From Mobula birostris (taxonomy: Eukaryota), in contig NW_027278579.1 in the NCBI RefSeq assembly GCF_030028105.1, forward strand, positions 1 to 64,000: a stretch of 64,000 nucleotides of DNA, given 5' to 3'. Numbering within the stretch: the stretch's first letter is position 1; every line of letters starts with the position of its first letter. Under the pieces are notes generated by a model. That model was given only the letters and a program-made list of their open reading frames with translations, ran no database searches and was not told the origin of the DNA. Position numbers and translations under genes: made by a program. Below, one piece after another: positions 24,495 through 34,793 of this stretch.

Positions 24495-25780
24495 GAAGAT
24501 GACAAATGTCACTCCGCTCTTTAAGAAGGGAGGAAGACGAAAGAAAGGAAATTATCGGCCAGTTAGCCTAACCTGAGTGGTTGGGAAAGTGTTAGTCCAT
24601 TACTGAGGACGAGGTTTCAGGGTAATTGGAGGATGATAATAAAATACTCAAAATCACCATGGTTTCTGTAAAAAGAAATCTTGCCTGACAAATCTGTTAG
24701 AGTTCTTCAAGGAAGCAACACGCAGGGTGGACAAAGGAGAGGTGGTAGATGTCATTTACTGGGATTTTCCGAAGGCGTTTGATAAGGTGCTACACATGAG
24801 GCTGCTGAACAAGATAAAATCCTATGGCGATACAGGAAAGACACTGGCATGGATAGCAGAATGGCTGACAGGCAGGAGGCAGCGAGTGGGAATAAAGGGG
24901 ACCTTTTCAGGTTGGCTGCTAGTGACTAGTGATGTTCCTCAGGAGTCAGTATTGAAACAGCTACTTCTCACGTTGTTTGTCAGTGATTTAGATAATGGAG
25001 TTGATGATTTTCGGGCAAAGTTTGTGGATGATATGAAGATAGGTGGAGGGGTAGGTAGTGCTGAGGAAGCAATGTGATTGCAGCAGGACTCAGACATATT
25101 GGAAGAATGGGCAAAAAAGTGGCAAATGGAATACAGTGTTGGGAGATGATAATGCATTTTGGTAAAAGGGACAACAGTGCAGACCAGTATCTAAATGGGG
25201 AGAAGGTTCAAACATCAGAGGTGCAGAGGAACTCAGGGGTCCTCATGCAAGACCCCCAGAGGGTTAATTCACAGGTTGAGTCTGCGGTAAAGAATGCAAA
25301 TGCAATATTGGCATTTATTTCAATGGGAAGGGAATATAAAAGCAAGGAAATAATGCAACATGCACAACACGCTGGAGGAACTCAGCAGGTCGGGCAGCAT
25401 TTTTGGAAAAGAACAGTCAACGTTTTCGGCCGAGACCCTTCGTCAGGGTGGATGAGGAGAGGATGTTTCCTCCGGTGGGGGTATCCAGAACTAGAGGGCA
25501 CAGCCTCAAAGTTGAGGGGCCTTTTAGAACAGAGGTAAAGAGGAATTATTTGAGCCAGAGAGTCGTGAATCTGTGGAGTGCTCCGCCACAGACTGCGGTG
25601 GAGGCCAGGTCCCTGTGTATACTTAGGGCGGAAGTTGATAGTTTCCTGATCGGTCAGGGCATCAAAGGATATGGAGAGATATGGGGTTGAGTGGGATCCG
25701 GGATTGGCCATACTGGAATGATGGAGCAGACTCGATGGGCTGAATGGCCTAATGCTTCTCCGATGTCTTCTGGTCTAAGG
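24495..25780 (+). mobile_element. CR1/HER1-like LINE RT (decayed), interrupted by a Penelope fragment at ~25355-25450
   Basis: NVTPLFKKG..NYRPVSLT, HGFCKKKSCLTNLLEFF, DVIYWDFPKAFDKV, KFVDDMKIG. Confidence 0.88.
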
Positions 25781-26029
25781 ATTTCCGCCATCCAGGTCAC
25801 GCTCTCTTCTCACTGCTGCCGTCGGGAATAAAGTGCTGGCGCCTCAGGATTCACACCACCAGGTTCTGGAAAAGTTAATATTCCCCAAACTTCAGGCTCT
25901 TGAACCAAAGCTTACTTGTTCCATCATTGAAATATTCCCACAACCTGTGGACCCAGTTTCAAGGACAAATCGTCTCATGTTCTCGATATTTATTTCTTAT
26001 TTTTATTGTACAGTAACTGCCGGTCACTG

Positions 26030-26420
26030 GGGTTCGTCGGCGCTGGTTGGCCGCTGATCCCGTCAATCTACCTCTGTACCCGGTCTCTGACGGAACCGTG
26101 TGACGTGTCCCTGTCACTCACGGAGCCCCGCCCCCCCAGTCACCCGGGGAACAGCCGCTGGGACAGAAACCACGCGCCCCCTCTGACGTCAGCCACGCGC
26201 TGCCCGGTACGTGCGGCGACGCTTCAACGGACGAGCTGAGTCAACCGTTCAATGCTTGATCGTCGGCCGGCCGCGAGCTCTCACCGAGCCCCTGTTGGTG
26301 AAGATGGACGTCAATCAAACAGCTGTGACAAATGAGAGAGCGAGGCCGGGCTGCGAGTGGGCGGGGACTCCGCCGGGGATCGCAGCGCGCATGCTCGGCC
26401 GGCTGAAAGTGCAGGAGGGG
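26030..26420. promoter_or_regulatory. CpG island / candidate promoter (CRE TGACGTCA at 26184-26191, GC box, NRF1-like GCGCGCATGC)
   Basis: CpG-dense segment with clustered motifs. Confidence 0.5.
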
Positions 26421-29400
26421 CAGTGGAGGGACGAGGAGAGTTTGAGGGATGCGGAGGTTTTCAGGGAGTGAGAGAGTTTGAGGGAGAATTGGAGGGACAG
26501 GAAGGTTGGAAGGAGAGAGTTTGAGGGAGAGGTAGAGTTTGAGGAGGCAGGTTTTGAGGGGGAGGTAGAGTTTGAAGGAAAAGGAGGTTTTGAGTGGGTG
26601 AGAGTTTGAAGGGAGAGAAGATTTCAGGAGAGAGTGAGTGTGGGAGTGGAAGTTTTGATGGAATGAGAGATTTTGAGGGATGGGGCAGTTTTTGAGCAGT
26701 GGCAATTTGAGGGACCAGGAGGGTTTGGGGGACGAGGAGGGCTTGGGGGAGTGAGAAATTGTGGGATGAGGAGGGTTTGGGGGAGTGAGAGAGTTTGAGT
26801 TAGGGTAGGTTTTGAGGGAGAGGTAGAGTTTGAGGGACAAAAAAGTTTTGAGTGGGTGAGAGTTTGAAGGGCGAGAAGATTTCAGGAGAGAGAGAGTGTG
26901 GGAGTGGAAGTTTTGATGCAATGAGAGATTTTGAGGGATGGGGCAGTTTTTGGGCAGTGCAAATTTGAGGGACGAGGAGGGTTTGGGGGAGTGAGAGTTT
27001 GAGGGACAAGGAGGGTTTGGGGCAGTGAGAGTTTGGGGGACGAGGAGGGTTTGGGGGAGTGAGAAATTGAGGGACGAGGAGGGTTTGGGGGAGTGAGAAA
27101 TTGAGGGACGAGGAGGGTTTGGTGGAGTGAGAAATTGAGGGACGAGGAGAGTTTGGGGGAGTGAGAAATTGGACAAGGAGGGTTGGGGGAGTGAGAAATT
27201 GAGGGACGAGGAGGGTTTGGGGGAGTGAGTGATGGACAGAGAGCTTTTGGAGGAGTGCAAGACTGAAGAATGGGGAGGCTTTGACAGAGTTTAAGGGACA
27301 GGGAGGTTTTGGGGAGTGAGAGAGTTTGAGGGATGAGGTGGTTTTGGGGTAGTGTGAGAGTTTGAGGGACAGGGAGGTTTGAAGGAGTGAGTGTAGGTTT
27401 TGAGGTTGTGGCAGAGTGAAGGCAAGGAGGTTTTGAGTGGGTGAGAGTTTGAAGGGCAAGAAGATTTCAGGGGAGTGAGAGCGGAAGTTTTGAGGGAGAG
27501 AGCTTTTGAGGAATGGGGATATTTGGAGGGAGTGTGAGTCTTTGAGGGATGGGGAGGTTTTGGGAGAGTGAGAGAGTTTGAGGAAGCAGATATTGTGGCA
27601 GAGTGAGAGAGTTTGAGGGAGAATTGGAGGGACAGGGAGGTTGGAAGGAGTGAGTTTGAGGGAGGGCAGGTTTTGAGGGAGAGGTAGAGTTTGAGGAGGC
27701 AGGTTTTGAGGGGGAGGTAGAGTTTGAAGTAAAAGGAGGTTTTGAGTGGGTGAGAGTTTGAAGGGTGAGAAGATTTCAGGAGAGAGTGAGTGTGGGAGTG
27801 GAAGTTTTGATGGAATGAGAGATTTTGAGGGATGGGGCAGTTTTTGAGCAGTGGCAATTTGAGGGACCAGGAGGGTTTGGGGGACGAGGAGGGCTTGGGG
27901 GAGTGAGAAATTGTGGGATGAGGAGGGTTTGGGGGAGTGAGAGAGTTTGAGTTAGGGTAGGTTTTGAGGGAGAGGTAGAGTTTGAGGGACAAAAAAGTTT
28001 TGAGTGGGTGAGAGTTTGAAGGGCGAGAAGATTTCAGGAGAGAGAGAGTGTGGGAGTGGAAGTTTTGATGCAATGAGAGATTTTGAGGGATGGGGCAGTT
28101 TTTGGGCAGTGCAAATTTGAGGGACGAGGAGGGTTTGGGGGAGTGAGAGTTTGAGGGACAAGGAGGGTTTGGGGCAGTGAGAGTTTGGGGGACGAGGAGG
28201 GTTTGGGGGAGTGAGAAATTGGACAAGGAGGGTTGGGGGAGTGAGAAATTGAGGGACGAGGAGGGTTTGGGGGAGTGAGTGATGGACAGAGAGCTTTTGG
28301 AGGAGTGCAAGACTGAAGAATGGGGAGGCTTTGACAGAGTTTAAGGGACAAGGAGGTTTTGGGGAGTGAGAGAGTTTGAGGGATGAGGTGGTTTTGGGGT
28401 AGTGTGAGAGTTTGAGGGACAGGGAGGTTTGAAGGAGTGAGTGTAGGTTTTGAGGTTGTGGCAGAGTGAAGGCAAGGAGGTTTTGAGTGGGTGAGAGTTT
28501 GAAGGGCAAGAAGATTTCAGGGGAGTGAGAGCAGAAGTTTTGAGGGAGAGAGCTTTTGAGGAATGGGGATATTTGGAGGGAGTGTGAGTCTTTGAGGGAT
28601 GGGGAGGTTTTGGGAGAGTGAGAGAGTTTGAGGAAGCAGATATTGTGGCAGAGTGAGAGAGTTTGAGGGAGAATTGGAGGGACAGGGAGGTTGGAAGGAG
28701 TGAGTTTGAGGGAGGGCAGGTTTTGAGGGAGAGGTAGAGTTTGAGGAGGCAGGTTTTGAGGGGGAGGTAGAGTTTGAAGTAAAAGGAGGTTTTGAGTGGG
28801 TGAGAGTTTGAAGGGTGAGAAGATTTCAGGAGAGAGTGAGTGTGGGAGTGGAAGTTTTGATGGAATGAGAGATTTTGAGGGATGGGGCAGTTTTTGAGCA
28901 GTGGCAATTTGAGGGACCAGGAGGGTTTGGGGGACGAGGAGGGCTTGGGGGAGTGAGAAATTGTGGGATGAGGAGGGTTTGGGGGAGTGAGAGAGTTTGA
29001 GTTAGGGTAGGTTTTGAGGGAGAGGTAGAGTTTGAGGGACAAAAAAGTTTTGAGTGGGTGAGAGTTTGAAGGGCGAGAAGATTTCAGGAGAGAGAGAGTG
29101 TGGGAGTGGAAGTTTTGATGCAATGAGAGATTTTGAGGGATGGGGCAGTTTTTGGGCAGTGCAAATTTGAGGGACGAGGAGGGTTTGGGGGAGTGAGAGT
29201 TTGAGGGACAAGGAGGGTTTGGGGCAGTGAGAGTTTGGGGGACGAGGAGGGTTTGGGGGAGTGAGAAATTGAGGGACGAGGAGGGTTTGGGGGAGTGAGA
29301 AATTGAGGGACGAGGAGGGTTTGGTGGAGTGAGAAATTGAGGGACGAGGAGAGTTTGGGGGAGTGAGAAATTGGACAAGGAGGGTTGGGGGAGTGAGAAA

Positions 29401-30870
29401 TTGAGGGACGAGGAGGGTTTGGGGGAGTGAGTGATGGACAGAGAGCTTTTGGAGGAGTGCAAGACTGAAGAATGGGGAGGCTTTGACAGAGTTTAAGGGA
29501 CAGGGAGGTTTTGGGGAGTGAGAGAGTTTGAGGGATGAGGTGGTTTTGGGGTAGTGTGAGAGTTTGAGGGACAGGGAGGTTTGAAGGAGTGAGTGTAGGT
29601 TTTGAGGTTGTGGCAGAGTGAAGGCAAGGAGGTTTTGAGTGGGTGAGAGTTTGAAGGGCAAGAAGATTTCAGGGGAGTGAGAGTGGAAGTTTTGAGGGAG
29701 AGAGCTTTTGAGGAATGGGGATATTTGGAGGGAGTGTGAGTCTTTGAGGGATGGGGAGGTTTTGGGAGAGTGAGAGAGTTTGAGGGAAGCAGATATTGTG
29801 GCAGAGTGAGAGAGTTTGAGGGAGAATTGGAGGGACAGGGAGGTTGGAAGGAGTGAGAGTTTGAGGGAGGGCAGGTTTTGAGGGAAAGGTAGAGTTTGAG
29901 GAGGCAGGTTTTGAGGGGGAGGTAGAGTTTGAAGGAAAAGGAGGTTTTGAGTGGGTGAGAGTTTGAAGGGTGAGAAGATTTCAGGAGAGAGTGAGTGTGG
30001 GAGCGGAAGTTTTGATGGAATGAGAGATTTTGAGGGATGGGGCAGTTTTTGGGCAGTGTGAATTTGAGAGACGAGGAGTGTTTGGGGGAGTGAGAAGTTG
30101 AAGGACAAGGAGGGTTTGGGGGAGTGAGTGTTTGAGGGACAGGAAGCTTTTGGAGGAGTGCGAGACTGAGGAATGGGAGGTTTTGGCAGAGTTTAAAGGA
30201 CAGGGAGGTTTTTGGTAGTTTGAGGGACGGGAGGTTTGAAGGAGTGAGAGGGTTTGAGTGAGGGCAGGTTTTAAGGTTGCGGGAGAGTGAGGGGCAAGGA
30301 GGGGCAGTTTTTGGACAGTGTGAATTTGAGGGACAAAGAGGGTTTGGGGCAGTGAGAGTTTGGGGGATGAGGAGGGTTTGGGGGAGTGAGTAATGGACAG
30401 AGAGCTTTTGGAGGAGTGTGAGACTTTAAAGAATGGGGAGGTTTTGACAGAATTTGGGGGACAGAGGTTTTGGGAAGTGAGAAAGTTTGAGGGATGAGGC
30501 GGTTTTGGGGTAGTGTGAGAGTTTGAGGGACGGAGGTTTGAAGGAGTGAGTGTAGGTTTTGAGGTTGCGGCAGAGTGAGGGGTAAGGAGGTTTTGAGTGG
30601 GTGAGAGTTTGAGGGATGGGGAGGTTTTTGGGTAGTTTGAGGGACGGGAGGTTTGAAGGAGTGAGAGAGGTTGAGTGAGGGCAGGTTTTGAGGTTGCGGC
30701 AGAGTGAGAGGCAAGGAGGTTTTGAGTGGGTGAGAGTTTGAAGGGCAAGAGAATTTCAGGGGGGTGAGAGAGCGGAAGTTTTGAGGGAGAGATTTTGAGG
30801 AATGGGGATATTTGGAGGGAGTGTGAGTCTTTGAGGGATAGGGAGGTTTTCAGGGAGTGAGAGAGTTTGA
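26420..30870. repeat. G/A-rich complex satellite with ~1.05-1.15 kb higher-order period built from ~34-bp subunits; resumes at 31793-32030
   Basis: Identical minus-strand ORF starts at 27260, 28310 and 29462; subunit gagggacgaggagggtttgggggagtgagaaatt. Confidence 0.92.
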
Positions 30871-31792
30871 TGTGTGAGGGGACCCTGAAGTATCCCTATT
30901 ATCTGTGCTTTTGAAAAGAGAGAGAGTTACTTAACAGCTCGTTTGTAAAAGAGAGAGAGATGCAGAGTAACTTTAAGGCACTGGAAGTAACTTCTGGCTT
31001 TCCACTGAGTTTGAAGTTGGAGACAGCACCGAGCAGCTCGTCAGTTGCTGTGGTGACTGAAGGCAGGTTGTAGATATTTACTTCAAGGACAGTCTGCCTG
31101 CTTGTGCATTTCTTACACAGACAGAGGGAGGGGGGATTATTTGAATGACAGGTGGTACCCAGTACGGTGAGATAAATAGGAGGTCAGATGATACAGACCT
31201 CAGACACATGATCTGGACACTGAATGAGCATTGCTGTGCTCGTAGCAAAAGCAGGTTTTGGAGGATCAATCAGGCGGATCGATCCAATCGCTCTTGCAGT
31301 GAAAAGGAAAGGGGTTGACTGGTGGGGAGTTGTCCATGTGTCCACCCTCGCCTGGGGGACAGCTCCACCACAGAAAACTGGTCCCCCTGGTTAAACTCAC
31401 AGTTGGTGACTTGTGAAGGAGTTCGAAGGACAACGAGCAGATCGAATGCGTCAGCTCACCTGAAGACTCAAATCTCTGCCTCCCTCTCTCTCCCTCTCCA
31501 TCACTACTCAACTCAATACCACAAACTGAACTGAACTTTACTCATCAACGTAAGACTGTATCTTTTTATCCCTAGATGTAAAGAAGCTTGGTTTTTCACA
31601 CATATATATTTCCACACTTGCTGATATACTTACTTACATATATAAAATCATTGCTAACCTGTTTGATTTGTATACATTCATATTACTGTATTGCGTAGTT
31701 ACTAATAAATGTTAATAGTTTATAGTAATACTGGACTCCAAAGTGTTTTCCATCTCTGCTGGTTCTTTATTCCCGTCAAGGGGTACGTGACA
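30871..31792 (+). mobile_element. Solo LTR-like insertion inside the satellite
   Basis: Non-satellite block beginning TG and ending ...ggggtacgtgaCA, with aataaa near 31704; satellite resumes after it. Confidence 0.55.
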
Positions 31793-32029
31793 GAGGGATG
31801 GGGAGGGTTTGGGGGAGTGAGTGTTTGAGGGACTGGAAGGGTTTGGGGAGTGATTGAGGGATGAGAGGTGTTTGGGGAGTGTGAGTTTAAGGAATGGGGA
31901 GGTTTTGGGGCAGTGTGAGAACTTGAGGGACGGGAAGGTTTGGGGAGTAAGAGTTTGAGGGGCGGGGAGTGTTTGGGGCAGAGATTGAGGGATGGGGAGG
32001 TTTTGAGGGAGTGATTGAGGGATGGGGAC

Positions 32030-32375
32030 GTGTGTAGGATTATGAGTGTCATGGATAGAGTGGACAGTCAGATATCTTTTTCCCAGGGTGGCAATGGCCA
32101 ATATTTGAGGACATCTGTTGATGGTGAGTGGAGGAGAGTTTAGGGGAGATTTCAGTCTGGTTGTTTTACACAGAGACCACTGGGTGCCGGGACTGCACTG
32201 CCGGGGTGGTGGGAGAGGACGATATAATCGGGGCATTGAAGAGACTCTCAGATCGACACATGGATGGAAGAGAAATGGAGAGTTATGGGCCGTGTAGGAG
32301 GGAAGGTTCATATAGGTCAGCAGCACATTGTGGGCCGAATGGCCTGTAGCGTGCTGTACTGTTCGGTGTTCTCTG
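32030..32375 (+). mobile_element. CR1/HER1-like LINE 3' end
   Basis: IMSVMDRVDS..FPRVAMANI..; tail ggccgaatggcctgta..ctgtactgttc. Confidence 0.7.
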
Positions 32376-32514
32376 TAAGGCTTGGGTAGCTGTGACTGGT
32401 GTGATGCTGAGGGATCAGTGCCGGAGATCCCAGTTGTTCACTCTGTTTCCCTGTGGATTTCCAGCGATCCTCCTTTTGAATTAACCCTGAATCTTGTGCC
32501 TGGTTCCTCTCCCC

Positions 32515-33422
32515 ACAGACACTGTCCAGTCTGAGAGATTCCAGATCCCGATGTTATTATTTCAGACCTGAATCGTTCTCTCTGTTTCTCTGTTCACAGA
32601 CACTGTCCAGTCTGAGAGTTTCCAGATCCCGATGTTGTTATTTCAGACCTGAATCGTTCTCTCTGTTTCTCTGTTCACAGACAGTGTCCAGTCTGAGAGT
32701 TTCCAGATCCCGATGTTGTTATTTCAGACCTGAATCGTTCTCTCTGTTTCTTGCCCCACAGACACTGTCCAGTCGAGTTTCCAACACCCGATGTTGTTAT
32801 TTCAGACCTGAATCGTTCTCTCTGTTTCTCTGTTCACAGACACTGTCCAGTCTGAGAGTTTCCAGATCCCGATGTTGTTATTTCAGACCTGAATCGTTCT
32901 CTCTGTTCACAGACACTGTCCAGTCTGAGAGTTTCCAGCGCCCGATGTTGTTATCTCAGACCTGAATCGTTCTCTCTGTTTCTCTGTTTACAGACACTGT
33001 CCAGTCTGAGAGTTTCCAGTGCCAGATGTTGTTATTTCAGACCTGAATCGTTCTCTCTGTTTCTCTGTTCACAGACACTGTCCAGTCTGAGAGTTTCCAG
33101 TGCCAGATGTTATTTCAGACCTGAATCGTTCTCTCTGTTTCTCTGTTCACAGACACTGTCCAGTCTGTGAGTTTCCAGATCCCGATGTTGTTATTTCAGA
33201 CCTGAATCGTTCTCTCTGTTCACAGACACTGTCCAGTCTGAGAGTTTCCAGATCCTGAAGTTGTTATTTCAGACCTGAATCGTTCTCTCTGTTCACAGAC
33301 ACTGTCCAGTCTGAGAGTTTCCAGATCCCGATGTTGTTATTTCAGACCTGAATCGTTCTCTCTGTTCACAGACACTGTCCAGTCTGAGAGTTTCCAGGTC
33401 CTGATGTTGTTATTTCAGACCT
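32515..33422. repeat. 81/72-bp tandem repeat, about 12 copies
   Basis: Unit acagacactgtccagtctgagagtttccagatcccgatgttgttatttcagacctgaatcgttctctctgtttctctgttc. Confidence 0.93.
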
Positions 33423-34339
33423 CATACGGTCATGGGCAGAACCTGGAGACAGCACCTGATATCAGGATGGAACCAAGAGTGTGCAGCATCACTGGAGATG
33501 TTTCTATCTGAGGAATTGGTGTATCTCGGGATGGTATGAAGGAGCACGTGGTCACCAGTTAATTCCAGTGACCCCTGGAGATGTTCACTGGGCTGCAGGT
33601 GATCCCTCAGTAAGTCAGAGTTAGTTCAGCCGCCGCACCATCCCCCACCCGGGAAAATCGTTCACCAGCTTCCCTGTCAAGCGGATAATCTGGCCTGGTG
33701 GATCGGCCCAGTGTGGTGAAACCGGCTGATGATGGATCTGTCTGGGTGGTGTTGGGAATCTGATCCAGTGTGTCTGCTGTCCGGGACTGGTGAAGGTCAC
33801 GGGGACAGACAGAAGGAAACCATTTCCTCTTGTGGTCCAGACCAGAAGAAGGGAGAGTGAGACCTTCTATTGGAGACGGGTTGTACAGGGGTGAAGTCAG
33901 GAAACTGCTTCGCCCACTGAGCACTGGAGATCAGGATTGCTTTCACCGAAAAGCCCATCCTGTCACACCCAGTGCTGGTTTCAGCACAGCCGTACCTCAG
34001 CAATCCCTCACCTGTCACCTTGCAGGGTGATTGTCATCTCCACGTCCCCTGTTTTATTGCCGGGTTTATTTGAAAAGCACCGATCATAAATTAATATTTA
34101 GCCACTTTTCCCATAGCTGTTCTGAAACGTGTTTTATTTCTCAGTATCAGACTGACCCTGGCTCTGCATTCATGGTTCATTCCCTGTTCGTTCCTTATTT
34201 AATCCCTGCTCTTGGGGAAATTGTCTGCCGGAGACCCTTCCCACTCGCAGTACAGCAGCCGTGATTAATATCCCTTCCTAAGTGGAATTGCTGCATGTTC
34301 AGTGGGCAATCCCTGTACTGCAGAGTTCAGCAGCTCCTC

Positions 34340-34369
34340 GAAAGTGAAAGTAATTTGAACCAGGAAGTG
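34340..34369 (+). promoter_or_regulatory. IRF-E/ISRE-like GAAAGTGAAAGT plus ETS CAGGAAGTG immediately upstream of the TRIM ATG
   Basis: Motifs at 34340-34351 and 34361-34369. Confidence 0.55.
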
Positions 34370-34382
34370 TTGGTTGTATAAA

Positions 34383-34793
34383 ATGTCTTTCAGACAGCAA
34401 GCACAGAGTTTAGCCGAGGAGGCGGTTTGTCCCGTCTGCCTTGATTTCTTCACCAATCCAGTAGCACTGGACTGTGGACACAGCTTCTGTCTCTCCTGTA
34501 TCACACAGTGTTGGGAAAAGGAGGGGAGAAACTGCTGTCCGGAATGTAGAGAGGAGTTTGCTGACAGATCCCTCAGGGTCAATTGGGCCCTGGCAAGTCT
34601 GGCTGAGAAGGCTCAAAAACTAAACCTGAATCAGAAAGAGACGGAGATGAGATCTCAGTGTGAGAGACATCAGGAGGAACTGAAGCTGTTTTGTGACACG
34701 GACAAGCAGCTGATCTGTCTGATTTGTAGAGACGCGAGAGAACACAAGTCTCACAACTTCATGCCCATTGCAGAAGCTGTTGAGATTTACAAG
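34383..34793 (+). CDS. TRIM exon: C3HC4 RING plus B-box 2 (TRIM39/A33/NF7-like)
   Basis: [29 protein letters not shown]; [32 protein letters not shown]; |gtgaat donor. Confidence 0.95.

Noticed and set aside
26241-30748. Minus-strand ORFs of 200-370 aa
   Set aside because: Artefacts of the G-rich satellite
32515-33422. CRISPR-like repeat-spacer array
   Set aside because: Units are contiguous near-identical repeats without variable spacers
33430-34030. Possible decayed zinc-finger gene exon on the minus strand
   Set aside because: Only a vague resemblance; no C2H2 motif could be read
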